DNA of 64,000 bases, from contig JBNRMN010000092.1 of the NCBI GenBank assembly GCA_050309605.1, positions 1 to 64,000 on the forward strand. The letters run 5' to 3'. This stretch comes from Anaerohalosphaeraceae bacterium (GTDB taxonomy: Bacteria; Planctomycetota; Phycisphaerae; Sedimentisphaerales; Anaerohalosphaeraceae). Position 1 is the stretch's first letter. Every line of letters begins with the position of its first letter. This document shows positions 50,706 to 60,724 of this stretch, one piece after another. Below the pieces are notes generated by a model, which had not been told where the DNA came from, ran no database searches, and saw nothing but the letters and a program-made list of their open reading frames with translations. The position numbers were made by a program, and so were the translations under genes.

Positions 50706-52142
50706 TTATTTCTGCGGAGAAAACAGATCTCTGGCCTGCCCGACCAGATAAAAACTGCCCGTAACGCAGATTAAATCTTCCCGTGTGACCGCGCTGCGGG
50801 CGATGCGGAGTGCCTCGCGCAGCGTCATCGCGGTCTGGCACATCTTGCCGCAGATGTCGGTGTACATCTCAGCCAGATCGCTCGGAAAAACGGCTTTGGG
50901 TGAATTGCTGCGTGTGAAAATGACCTTATCGGCCCCGTATTGCAGCTCGGAAAGCATCCCTCGTACATCTTTATCGGCATTGCACCCGAAAATAAAGATC
51001 AGCGAATCGTAGGGGATATGCTGTCCGATCGCCTGGATCAGAGCGCGGATGCTGGCGGCGTTATGGGCGGCATCGACGAGGATCCGCGGATCGTCGCACA
51101 GCATTTCCATCCGTCCGATAAGGGAGACGCCCAGCAGGCCGGTAACGGCTTTTTCGTCGTCAATCGTGTAGCCTTGCGCCTTTAACCGATCCAGCATCGC
51201 CAACGCCAGGCCGCAATTGATGGCCTGATGCTCGCCCGGCAATGGAACCCGAAGGTGTTCAAAGCGGCTGGTCGGCGTAGTCAGACAAATGCGGGTGTGC
51301 GGCCCGTGTTCGCGAGATGACTCAAACCGATAGGAAAAGTCAATATCTTTGCCCGTGACGGTAAACGGCGCTTTGAGGCTGGACGCCTGCTTTTTGAGGA
51401 TTTTCATCGTAACGGGGTCTTGTTCCACGGTGACCACGGGAATTCCTTTTTTGATCACGCCGGCCTTTTCTTTGGCGATACTGTCCAGCGTATTGCCCAG
51501 CAGATTCTGATGGTCCAGACTGATGCTCGTAATCCCCACCACTTCCGGCATAATGACATTGGTGCTGTCCAGTCGGCCGCCCAGGCCGGTTTCGATGATG
51601 GCGATATCCACTTTGTGATCGCTGAAATGCAGAAACGCAATCGCCGTGAGGATTTCGAAAAAAGTGGGACGGTCGTCTTGACCATCGGTTTTTTTCAGTA
51701 TCGGATAGACCCGATTGAGTAAATCTAAAAACTCTTTTCGCGTAATCAATTGCGAATTGACCGCGATCCGCTCATGCAGACTGGTCACGTGCGGCGAGGT
51801 ATAAAGCCCGACTTTGTACCCGTTGGCCTCCATCATCTTGGCCAGCATCGCGGCGGTGGAGCCTTTGCCCTTGGTGCCGGCAATATGCACACACTTGATT
51901 TTTTTGTGCGGATTGCCCAGCCCTTTGAGCAGATTGTTCATCCGATCCAGGTCAAACGTCGTTACATTGTAGCGAAGCCGCTGCTGCTTTTCATAATCGG
52001 TCGTCTTAAACAGGTATTCCATCGCCTGCTCATAGGTCCGAAACGCTTTGCTGGTCCGTTTGACCTTCGCCGCCGAAGTTGAGGACTTGCGGGTGGTGGT
52101 TTTCGCCGTCTTTTTGGTATTGGATTTTTTTATTAGTGCCAT
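50706..52142 (-). CDS. folC: Folylpolyglutamate synthase/dihydrofolate synthase
   Basis: Motifs HIAGTKGKGST, YTSPH, ETGLGGRLDSTN, DAAHN, TGSFYLVG. Confidence 0.96.
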   Translation of the reverse strand: MALIKKSNTKKTAKTTTRKSSTSAAKVKRTSKAFRTYEQAMEYLFKTTDYEKQQRLRYNVTTFDLDRMNNLLKGLGNPHKKIKCVHIAGTKGKGSTAAMLAKMMEANGYKVGLYTSPHVTSLHERIAVNSQLITRKEFLDLLNRVYPILKKTDGQDDRPTFFEILTAIAFLHFSDHKVDIAIIETGLGGRLDSTNVIMPEVVGITSISLDHQNLLGNTLDSIAKEKAGVIKKGIPVVTVEQDPVTMKILKKQASSLKAPFTVTGKDIDFSYRFESSREHGPHTRICLTTPTSRFEHLRVPLPGEHQAINCGLALAMLDRLKAQGYTIDDEKAVTGLLGVSLIGRMEMLCDDPRILVDAAHNAASIRALIQAIGQHIPYDSLIFIFGCNADKDVRGMLSELQYGADKVIFTRSNSPKAVFPSDLAEMYTDICGKMCQTAMTLREALRIARSAVTREDLICVTGSFYLVGQARDLFSPQK

Positions 52143-52473
52143 AATCTGAATTATCCTATCATAATAATGCAATACAGTCAATTAAATCCTTTTGCCGGAG
52201 GTGATGACGGACGATTTAAGGCCGCATGTCAATGTCATAAATGCCTTTTTTATAAAAGCATAAAACAATATTCACAAACTTTGAGAAATTTCTGTTAAAC
52301 GGCCACTTTGATCATTTCTGCTTATTTTACAATATGTTTTTCTAATAACAAAAAGGTCCGGATAAAGCGGCATTGGCAAGAAATGGCTTGCAAGCGGCCA
52401 AGGTGTGGGGTACGATAGCCCCGTTTTTGAGGCAAGGAACCATTACTTTAAATTTTTACTAAAAAGGGAAAAT

Positions 52474-54495
52474 ATGGCGGAAACTGCAAAAAAGACAGGT
52501 TTAACACCGTTGGACGAATTGTGTGTGCAGACTATCCGGTTTTTATCGGCCGAAGGTGTGCAGGCGGCCAAATCCGGCCATCCGGGGATGCCGATGGGTA
52601 TGGCGGCTGCGGCCTATGCGCTCTGGATGCGGCATCTTCGGCACAACCCGGCCGACCCGAAATGGATGAACCGCGATCGCTTTGTCCTCTCGGCCGGGCA
52701 CGGCAGTATGCTGCTGTATTCGCTGCTGCATCTGTGCGGCTACGATCTGTCGCTGGATGAACTCAAGCGATTCCGTCAATGGGGCAGCAAGACCGCCGGC
52801 CATCCGGAATACGGCCTGACACCCGGCGTAGAGGCAACGACCGGCCCGCTGGGACAGGGTATTTCCAATTCGGTGGGTATGGCGATTGCCCAAAAATATC
52901 TGGCCGCCCGCTACAACACCGCCGACCACACCATCTTCGACTATATGGTCTATACGATTTGCGGCGACGGCTGTATGCAGGAAGGCATCAGCAGCGAGGC
53001 GAGCAGTCTGGCAGGCCACCTGGGGCTGGACAATCTGGTGGTCATTTATGACGACAACCATATCACGATTGACGGCCAGACCGATCTGTCGTTCAGCGAG
53101 GATGTAGCCGCGCGGTATCGGGCCTACGGCTGGCACGTTATCGAAATCGGCGGCGACGGACAGGACATCGAAGCGCTGGACAAGGCGCTGGATTTTGCCA
53201 AGGCCCAAACCGAACGCCCGACGCTGATTAAATTCCGTTCGCAAATCGGGTTCGGAAGTCCCACTATGCAGGGCACATCCAAGGTGCACGGCGCACCGCT
53301 CGGCGAGGATGAAATCAAGCTGATGAAAAAGCAGTTCGGCTGGGATCCGGACAACGCGTTCTATGTGCCGAAGGACGTGGCCGAGCATATGGGCCAATGC
53401 AAACCCAAGGGCCAGCAGCTTCAGGCAGAGTATCAGAAACGGCTCGACGCCTGGAGCAAAGCCAACCCGGCTCTGGCCGATGAACTCAAAGCCGCGATGG
53501 CGGGGACGGTCTCGATTGACCCGGCTGCGCTGCCGACGTTTGATGCGGATAAACCCATTGCGACCCGCGCCGCTTCAGGCAAGACGCTCGATGCGCTGAT
53601 GCCCTCGATGCCGCTGGTACTGGGCGGATCGGCGGATTTGACGCCGTCCAACAATACGCGATTCAAGGACGCCGAGGACTTTTCCAAGACCAACCGTGCC
53701 GGTCGATACATCCGTTACGGCGTCCGCGAACACGCGATGGGCGCGATTATGAACGGTATTGCGATCAGCGGTATGGTGCGTCCTTACGGCGGAACGTTTC
53801 TGGTCTTTGCCGACTATATGCGCGGGGCGGTGCGTTTGGCGTCGCTGTCGCACTATCCGACGATCTTCGTGTTTACGCACGACAGTATCGGCGTCGGCGA
53901 AGACGGCCCGACCCATCAGCCGGTGGAAACACTGGCCTCGCTGCGGGCGTTTCCGAATCTTAAGGTCTTCCGCCCGGCTGATGCCAACGAGACGGCCCGG
54001 ATGTGGAAATATATCCTTGAGCATAAGGACGGCCCAATGGCCACCGCTCTGACGCGGCAGGGGCTGCCGGTTCTTGATCCGGCCAAATATCCGGGGATGA
54101 AGGATTTTGAGAAAGGCGCGTATGTGCTGATCAAGGCGGACAAGCCCGATGTGCTGCTGCTGGCGACCGGTTCGGAAGTCCAGGTGGCACTGGCTGCGGC
54201 CGAGACCCTGGCCGCCGAAGGCGTCAAGGCCCAGGTGGTCAGTATGCCGTGCTGGGAGCTGTTCGAGCAACAGGACGCGGCCTACAAAGAAAGCGTCATT
54301 CCCGCCTCAGTCAAGGCCCGCGTGGGTATTGAGGCCGGGGTGCGGCTGGGCTGGGACCGCTGGCTGGGGCCATGCGGCGAATTTGTCGGGATGCACACGT
54401 TCGGTTCGTCGGGGCCGTTCAAGGAGTGCTTTAAACAATTCGGCTTGACCCCCGAAGCCGTTGTCGCCGCGGCCAAAAAGTCGATGAACAAGTAA
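52474..54495 (+). CDS. tkt: Transketolase
   Basis: Motifs [43 protein letters not shown]. Confidence 0.98.
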   Translation: MAETAKKTGLTPLDELCVQTIRFLSAEGVQAAKSGHPGMPMGMAAAAYALWMRHLRHNPADPKWMNRDRFVLSAGHGSMLLYSLLHLCGYDLSLDELKRFRQWGSKTAGHPEYGLTPGVEATTGPLGQGISNSVGMAIAQKYLAARYNTADHTIFDYMVYTICGDGCMQEGISSEASSLAGHLGLDNLVVIYDDNHITIDGQTDLSFSEDVAARYRAYGWHVIEIGGDGQDIEALDKALDFAKAQTERPTLIKFRSQIGFGSPTMQGTSKVHGAPLGEDEIKLMKKQFGWDPDNAFYVPKDVAEHMGQCKPKGQQLQAEYQKRLDAWSKANPALADELKAAMAGTVSIDPAALPTFDADKPIATRAASGKTLDALMPSMPLVLGGSADLTPSNNTRFKDAEDFSKTNRAGRYIRYGVREHAMGAIMNGIAISGMVRPYGGTFLVFADYMRGAVRLASLSHYPTIFVFTHDSIGVGEDGPTHQPVETLASLRAFPNLKVFRPADANETARMWKYILEHKDGPMATALTRQGLPVLDPAKYPGMKDFEKGAYVLIKADKPDVLLLATGSEVQVALAAAETLAAEGVKAQVVSMPCWELFEQQDAAYKESVIPASVKARVGIEAGVRLGWDRWLGPCGEFVGMHTFGSSGPFKECFKQFGLTPEAVVAAAKKSMNK

Positions 54496-54520
54496 AATTC
54501 GACCCGGCCCGAAGGCCCGA

Positions 54521-54659
54521 CACCAGCGCGGCGCAACAGCGCGGGGCAATAGCGCGGCACAACAGCGCGGCCGCGCAAGCGGCCCGATACGGGATACGGA
54601 TAAATGGGGCGTTTTCCAAGACGCCAGATTATCCGGCGGCTCGCGCCGCTCGGCTGTTG
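54521..54659 (+). repeat. Family A palindromic unit
   Basis: ggccgc-gcaa-gcggcc ... tggggcgttttccaagacgcc ... ccggcggctcgcgccgctcggct. Confidence 0.9.
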
Positions 54660-54731
54660 CTCTTTGTCGCTTCGGGGTGAAAATGGAACCGGCTGACGCC
54701 GGGAGCGGTTTTGATTATGGAGACGATTGCT

Positions 54732-55832
54732 ATGGCAGCCAAAAAACGATTCAAACGGATTGCGGTCATGACCGGCGGGGGCGATTGTCCGGGGCTGAAC
54801 GCGGTGATCCGAGCGGTGACCAAGACCGCGATCAGCCGTTACGGCGCCGAGGTCTGGGGCATTGAGGACGGCTTTCTCGGTCTGATCGAAAACCGCTTGC
54901 ACCCCTTGAGTTATGAGCAGGTCAGCAATCTGCTCACGGTCGGCGGGACCATTCTCGGCTCGTGCAACAAGTCCAATCCGTTTGCCTTTCACGTGAAAAG
55001 CGGTCGCGGATCCCGCAAAAAAGACGTTTCGGATGTATGCCTGGAGCACCTGGCGGCCAAAGACATCGAGGCGATGATCTGTATCGGCGGCGACGGCACA
55101 ATGGCCTCAGCGGCGGCTTTCGCCAAAAAAGGCCTGCCGGTGATGGGCGTGCCCAAGACCATCGACAACGACGTCTGGGGAACGGATGTGACGTTTGGGT
55201 TTAATTCTGCGGTAACCACGGCCACTGACGCCATCGACAAGGTACACACCACCGCCAGCTCGCACCATCGGGTGATGATTGTCGAGGTGATGGGCCGATA
55301 CGCCGGCTGGATTGCACTGTATGCGGGTGTGGCCGGCGGGGCGGATGTGATCTTACTTCCCGAGATTCCCTACGAACTGGACAAGATTGCCGATTATGTG
55401 CACGCTCGATCCCAAAAAGGCAAACGCTTCAGCATCATCGCCGTGGCCGAAGGGGCCAAACCCAAAGGCGGCAAGCCGTTCGTGGCCAAAGTGCTCAAAG
55501 ACAGCCCCGATCCGATTCGTCTGGGCGGTATCGGGACGACCCTGGCTGACCAGTTGGAAGAGATGACCGGTCGGTCGTGTCGGGCGGTGGTGCTCGGCCA
55601 TGTCCAGCGCGGCGGGACGCCCACGGCACTGGACCGAACGCTGGCCACGCAATTTGGCCACCACGCCATTGAAATGCTGATGAAAGGGCAGATCAACCGG
55701 CTGGCGGTGTTGAAAAACGGCCGGCAGGACAGCGTCCCTCTGAGCCAGGTCGCCGGACGCATCAAGACCGTCCCGAAAAACCACCCGCTCGTCCGAGCGG
55801 GCAAGGCGGTCAACACAAGTTTCGGGGTTTAA
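54732..55832 (+). CDS. pfkA: 6-phosphofructokinase (GGDG/PKTIDND type)
   Basis: Motifs TGGGDCPGLN, IGGDGT, PKTIDND, EVMGR, LGHVQRGG. Confidence 0.95.
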   Translation: MAAKKRFKRIAVMTGGGDCPGLNAVIRAVTKTAISRYGAEVWGIEDGFLGLIENRLHPLSYEQVSNLLTVGGTILGSCNKSNPFAFHVKSGRGSRKKDVSDVCLEHLAAKDIEAMICIGGDGTMASAAAFAKKGLPVMGVPKTIDNDVWGTDVTFGFNSAVTTATDAIDKVHTTASSHHRVMIVEVMGRYAGWIALYAGVAGGADVILLPEIPYELDKIADYVHARSQKGKRFSIIAVAEGAKPKGGKPFVAKVLKDSPDPIRLGGIGTTLADQLEEMTGRSCRAVVLGHVQRGGTPTALDRTLATQFGHHAIEMLMKGQINRLAVLKNGRQDSVPLSQVAGRIKTVPKNHPLVRAGKAVNTSFGV

Positions 55833-55834
55833 TC

Positions 55835-55969
55835 GCGGCGCACCAGCGCGGCACAATAGCGCGGCGGCGCAAGCCGCCCGATACGGGGATACGGGTAGAT
55901 GGGGCGTTTTGCAAGTCGCCAGATTATCCGGCGGCTTGCGCCGCTCGGCTATTGTACGATGACACAACG
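55835..55969 (+). repeat. Family A palindromic unit
   Basis: Starts 3 nt after the pfkA stop; same arms and spacer as the other copies. Confidence 0.9.
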
Positions 55970-56019
55970 CACCAGCCCGGCGGTCCGGTGGGAGGCGGTC
56001 AAGCATTGTTTGCTGCCTC

Positions 56020-56048
56020 TTGCATTTGGCCTGGGATGAGTTTATCAT
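56020..56048 (+). promoter_or_regulatory. Sigma70-like promoter, probably producing a leaderless mRNA
   Basis: TTGCAT-17 nt-TATCAT, with the ATG 6 nt downstream and no SD sequence. Confidence 0.5.
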
Positions 56049-56054
56049 ATCGGT

Positions 56055-57203
56055 ATGACCGCGATTATCACTCAGCCCGATACTTTTGAGAAGCTCAAAA
56101 TTCTCAGCGCCGATGCGCAGTATGATCTGGCCTGTGCCTGCGGATCGGTCAAGGATGAACACCGGCGGCGGGGCGGCGACGGCAAATGGATTTATCCGGT
56201 CACGCTGCCGGACGGCGGACGGGCCAGTCTGTTCAAGATTCTGCTGTCCAATGTCTGCGGCAACGACTGCACGTACTGTCCGCTGCGGCATGATCAGGAC
56301 ATTCGCCGCTGTACGCTGCAGGTCGAAGAGGCCGTGCGGGTGTTTTGGGAGTATTACACGCAGGGCAAGGTCTTCGGTCTGTTCATCAGCTCCGGCGTCA
56401 TCGGCACGCCCGATGCCACGATGGAACGGATCAACGCCATCGCCCGTCTGCTGCGCAGCCGCTATCGATTTGGCGGCTACATTCATCTGAAAATCATCCC
56501 CGGCGCCGGGCTTGCGGCCATTGAGGAGGCGGTGCGGCTGGCCTCGGCGGTATCGCTGAATATCGAGACACCGGGGGCGGAATTTTTGGCCAACGTCTCG
56601 GCCAAAAAAAACTTTCTGCGGGACATTATTGAGCCGATCAAACGCATCAGCCAACTGGTGCAGGAGCCGAATGCGTTTCGGCGGCATGTGCACCAGACCA
56701 CCCAGTTCATTGTCGGGGCCGCCGGCGAGAGCGACCGCCGCATCGTGCGTTATATGGAAGGGCTGTACCGACGGCTTCGGATGCATCGGGTCTATTTCAG
56801 CGCCTATCAGGGCGGCCTGGGTGATCCGGAATTGCCCGGCGAACGAACCGCATCAGGACACGATCGCCTGACACGGGAACACAGGTTGTATCAGGTTGAT
56901 TTTCTCATGCGAAAATACGGCTTCCACGATACGGAAATCCCCTTCGACGGCAATGACCGTCTGCCGCTGGACAAAGACCCCAAAGAGGCCTGGGCACAGC
57001 TTCATCCGGAATGTTTCCCCGTGGACATCAACCGCGCCGACCGCGAAACGCTGCTGCGCGTGCCGGGGTTGGGGCCGGTGACCGTGCGAACCATTCTCAA
57101 ACGCCGCCGACAAGGCCGTCTGACCGACATCACCGACATCGGCGCACCCAACAAACTCCTGAGCAAAGCCGCCGGATACCTGACATTCCAAAAGAGCGAT
57201 TGA
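56055..57203 (+). CDS. Putative DNA modification/repair radical SAM protein (TIGR03916-like) with helix-hairpin-helix
   Basis: KLKILSADAQYDLAC, CGNDCTYC, GYIHLKIIPG, REHRLYQVDFL, LLRVPGLG. Confidence 0.9.
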   Translation: MTAIITQPDTFEKLKILSADAQYDLACACGSVKDEHRRRGGDGKWIYPVTLPDGGRASLFKILLSNVCGNDCTYCPLRHDQDIRRCTLQVEEAVRVFWEYYTQGKVFGLFISSGVIGTPDATMERINAIARLLRSRYRFGGYIHLKIIPGAGLAAIEEAVRLASAVSLNIETPGAEFLANVSAKKNFLRDIIEPIKRISQLVQEPNAFRRHVHQTTQFIVGAAGESDRRIVRYMEGLYRRLRMHRVYFSAYQGGLGDPELPGERTASGHDRLTREHRLYQVDFLMRKYGFHDTEIPFDGNDRLPLDKDPKEAWAQLHPECFPVDINRADRETLLRVPGLGPVTVRTILKRRRQGRLTDITDIGAPNKLLSKAAGYLTFQKSD

Positions 57204-57223
57204 TGCCGGTGACAAGCGAATCC

Positions 57224-58063
57224 TTATTTTAGCGGCAGGATTTCGACGCGGCGGAACTCACAGGGATGGCTTTCGGCCTGAAGGGAGATATAGCCGCCGG
57301 TCAACAGCGTTTTGCCGTCCTTAATCAGTTTTTTCGCGTCGGCATCAGATTCGTCCAGTTGGGGCTTGTGGTATTCGAGCACAAGCTTGCCGTTGGCGTA
57401 ATGACGAATCACGTCGCCGCCGCGGACTTCCACCTCGGCGGTGACCCACTGGTCGCCGTGGAAGGTCTCGGAGCTGGATGCGATGCAGTGGCGAGTATCA
57501 AGTTTGCCGTCAATCACCACGTGCGTGCCCGGCGTGCAGACGCTGAGGGTGGGACGTTTGTTTCGACCGTCGCCGCCGAGCAGTTGGGCTTCAATGCTCA
57601 CCGGAAACGACTGGTCTTTGGTCATCGTGTTCGGGTCCTGGCAATGCAGCATGATACCGCTGTTGCGAAAAGCCCACCCGGCGCCGCCGGCGACCTGCTC
57701 GCCGACAAAGCGATAGTCCACGCGGAGCCGATAATGGCTAAAGGGCGTGCGATAGAACAAATGGCCAAAGCGATTGTCGAAGGTTTTATACTGGTCGTAA
57801 GCCACCTTCAAGACGCCGTCTTCGACGCGGAATGTATTGCCGACGTTCTCGCCCAGCTTATAGCCGGTAAATTTGGGAATCCAGCCGTCCAGATTTTTGC
57901 CGTTAAATAAAGGAATCCAATTTTCTTCGGCCTTCTCTTCGGCCTTTTCGATATGGGCGTCGGCATAGACCAGGCCGCCGCACAGCAGCATCATGACCAG
58001 CCAAGTTGCGATTAACGGACGAAAAATGACTGTATTCGAGGCGTGATCCGTGTTGTGTATCAT
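57224..58063 (-). CDS. DUF1080 family secreted protein
   Basis: LFNGKNLDGW, RNSGIM, ISLQAESHP. Start uncertain. Confidence 0.88.
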   Translation of the reverse strand: MIHNTDHASNTVIFRPLIATWLVMMLLCGGLVYADAHIEKAEEKAEENWIPLFNGKNLDGWIPKFTGYKLGENVGNTFRVEDGVLKVAYDQYKTFDNRFGHLFYRTPFSHYRLRVDYRFVGEQVAGGAGWAFRNSGIMLHCQDPNTMTKDQSFPVSIEAQLLGGDGRNKRPTLSVCTPGTHVVIDGKLDTRHCIASSSETFHGDQWVTAEVEVRGGDVIRHYANGKLVLEYHKPQLDESDADAKKLIKDGKTLLTGGYISLQAESHPCEFRRVEILPLK

Positions 58064-58143
58064 CGTTGACCTTTCCAAATAAAGTCCCTTGTTTTTCTTT
58101 ACCATACGTCAGCTTGTCCGAATTTGTTCCCGTCGGCTGCTGC

Positions 58144-58677
58144 TCAAGGGTTCGCATTGTTCTGCTGCGGAAAAATCAATGCGTCTGTCGCATAACCCCA
58201 TGCGGCCGCTTTGCTTAGCAGCTCGTTAAGAATGTCATCGTCCAGTGTCGGCGTGCGCGCCAGAATCCACAAATAATGCCGAGAATGGCTGGTGACCATC
58301 GCATAGCGGTACTGTTGCCGGTCCAGTGCAATGATATGATAGTCGGCCCAGAAGGGGCGAAAGAAGCTGACCTTCAGGCTGCCGACAGTCGGATCGCCGG
58401 CCGGCCGGGCAATCGCGCGGGCGGAACTCCATGTTTCTTTGGCATCGTGATAGCCGCGATTGAGCACGTCAATGCGCCCGTCGTCGCGCAGCGTGTATTG
58501 GGCCGTCACCTGCGACAGGCCCCGCTCGAAAGAGTGGTCCAGTCGGGCGATTTCGTACCACGTGCCCAGATACCGGTCCAGCGCGAAGTCCTGAACGACC
58601 TCAACGCCCGACGGCACACCGGAACACCCCGCCCATACGGCCATCATCAGGGCCGAGAGGATACTGTGTTTGGCCAT
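58144..58677 (-). CDS. blc: Bacterial lipocalin (outer membrane lipoprotein)
   Basis: Lipobox-like WAGC; RYLGTWYEIAR, LKVSFF, YLWILARTP. Confidence 0.93.
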   Translation of the reverse strand: MAKHSILSALMMAVWAGCSGVPSGVEVVQDFALDRYLGTWYEIARLDHSFERGLSQVTAQYTLRDDGRIDVLNRGYHDAKETWSSARAIARPAGDPTVGSLKVSFFRPFWADYHIIALDRQQYRYAMVTSHSRHYLWILARTPTLDDDILNELLSKAAAWGYATDALIFPQQNNANP

Positions 58678-58738
58678 TTGTTTCCCTTATTGTATTTGTA
58701 TGGAAAGTTTCATCACCGGCGGTCCGGCGCGACGCGCC

Positions 58739-60622
58739 TTATGTGGCGTTGTGATTCTTTTTCAGTTCATAAGTGATGGTGTAGCAGTCGCCGTCGAATT
58801 CGGTGTTGATCTTGTAGCCGGAGTTGTAAAAGATGCTCAGCATCGCTTTGTTGCTGGGCAGGACGGTGGCGTAGAAGGATTGGACCCCGCGTTCTTTGGC
58901 AACCTTGGTCAGATAATCCAGCAGCAGCGATCCCATGCCCTTGTCCTGCCATTCGTCCTGCACGATGAAGGCCACCTCGGCGACCATCGTCTTGGGGTCA
59001 AGAAAGTATTGGGCGATAGCGACGATTTCTTCTTCGCCTTCGGGGCCGGGCACCACGCCGACAATCGCCAGATTTTGATCATAATCAATATTCGTCAGTT
59101 TCTGCACATCTTTTTGCGGAAAGGTGCGGGTATGGGTAAAGTACCGCCGCCGGACGGAGGTCGGCGACAGGGAATACAGCATTTCCGCCAGCGCCGAGTC
59201 ATCGGTCGGTTTGACCGGACGGAAAAAGATTTCCGTGCCGTCCCGCAGGGTGTCGTAACGTTCCAGTTCAGACGGATAGCGCACCTTGTCCCATTCGAGT
59301 TCAATCTGGTCGGGCTGGATATAGCACTGGGCCTTGGCGGCCTGGATCAGTTCCTTGCGAAACTTCGGATGGGCGATATTGACCAGCGACAGCACCCGCT
59401 CGCGGATAGACTTGCCGTGCAGATAGGCAATGCCGTACTCGGTGACCACATAATGCACGTCGCCGCGCGTGGTGACGACCCCGGCGCCGTCGGTCAATTT
59501 GGGGACGATGCGCGACACGGTGTCGTCTTTGGCGGTGGAGGGCATGGCGATGATGGGCTTGCCGCCGCGCGACCGTGCGCAGCCGCGAATAAAATCCACC
59601 TGCCCGCCGATGCCGCTGTAAAATTTATACCCCAATGAATCGGCGCACACCTGTCCGGTCAAATCAATCTCCAGGCCGACATTGATGCCGACCATTTTGT
59701 CGTGCTGGGCAATGATAAACGGGTCATTGACGTACTCGGTCGGATGAAACTCAAAGAACGGGTTGTTGTTGATATAGTCGTAGAGCGTTTGCGATCCCAT
59801 GCAAAAGCTGGCCACGACCTTGCCGTGATTGATGGTTTTTTTGCTGCACGTGACCGCACCGCATTCAATCAGTTCGATGATCCAGTCGCCGAACATCTCG
59901 GTGTGCACACCCAGGTCTTTTTTGTCGTGCAGAAACTCGGCCATGGCCTGCGGAATGCGCCCGATGCCGCATTCGATGGTGCTGCCGTCCTCAATCAGCC
60001 GCCCCAGATTGCGCCCGATGCGGCGCAGCACGTCGCTGGACGCAGGCGGCTCGACGGTAATGATCGGCTCGTCATACGAAACCATTACATCAATCGAATT
60101 GACGTGGATGAAGCTGTTGCCCAGCGTCCGCGGCATCGACGGATTGACCTGAGCGATGACGAGGCGTGCATTGGCGGCGGCGGATTTGACGATGTCCACC
60201 GAGACGCCCAGACTGCACAGCCCGTTGACATCCGGCGGGGTCACCGAGATCAGTGCCACATCCAGCGGAATCCGACCGCTTTCAAACTGACGGGGGATAT
60301 CCGACAGGAAGATCGGCGTATAATCACCGATGCCCTGTTCGAAAGCGCCGCGCACGTTTTCGGCGATGAAAAAGCTGTTCATCTTGAATTTTTCACGGAA
60401 GTGTTCGTTGGCGTACGGCGCTTCGCCCATCGTCAGCAGGTGAATGATATGCGCATCATAGATGTGATCGCCGTGTTCAATCAGCGCACGCACCAGATGC
60501 TGCGGCTGGCCGCAGCCGGTGCCGATAAAAATCGAATCACCCGATTTGACCTGCTGCATCGCCTCGCGCGCCGACATCATCAAGTGGCCGTAACGTGTTT
60601 TCCAGTCAAATGGTTCCATCAT
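58739..60622 (-). CDS. Acetyl-CoA hydrolase/CoA-transferase fused to a C-terminal GNAT domain
   Basis: GIGRIP, HTEMF, SGIGGQVDF, VVTEYGIA; then AEVAFIVQDEWQDKGMG and NKAML. Confidence 0.92.
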   Translation of the reverse strand: MMEPFDWKTRYGHLMMSAREAMQQVKSGDSIFIGTGCGQPQHLVRALIEHGDHIYDAHIIHLLTMGEAPYANEHFREKFKMNSFFIAENVRGAFEQGIGDYTPIFLSDIPRQFESGRIPLDVALISVTPPDVNGLCSLGVSVDIVKSAAANARLVIAQVNPSMPRTLGNSFIHVNSIDVMVSYDEPIITVEPPASSDVLRRIGRNLGRLIEDGSTIECGIGRIPQAMAEFLHDKKDLGVHTEMFGDWIIELIECGAVTCSKKTINHGKVVASFCMGSQTLYDYINNNPFFEFHPTEYVNDPFIIAQHDKMVGINVGLEIDLTGQVCADSLGYKFYSGIGGQVDFIRGCARSRGGKPIIAMPSTAKDDTVSRIVPKLTDGAGVVTTRGDVHYVVTEYGIAYLHGKSIRERVLSLVNIAHPKFRKELIQAAKAQCYIQPDQIELEWDKVRYPSELERYDTLRDGTEIFFRPVKPTDDSALAEMLYSLSPTSVRRRYFTHTRTFPQKDVQKLTNIDYDQNLAIVGVVPGPEGEEEIVAIAQYFLDPKTMVAEVAFIVQDEWQDKGMGSLLLDYLTKVAKERGVQSFYATVLPSNKAMLSIFYNSGYKINTEFDGDCYTITYELKKNHNAT

Positions 60623-60639
60623 TCATCGCCTTGTTTTTG

Positions 60640-60722
60640 GAATTAAGAATGTAGAATTGAGAATGCAAGAATTTAGGGTGGATCAGGTTTTTTTAATTCT
60701 TCGTTCTCAATTCTTCATTTTG
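60640..60722. repeat. Inverted pair of heptamer-periodic tracts
   Basis: gaattaagaatgtagaattgagaatgcaagaattt ... aattcttcgttctcaattcttcatttt. Confidence 0.7.
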
Positions 60723-60724
60723 TT

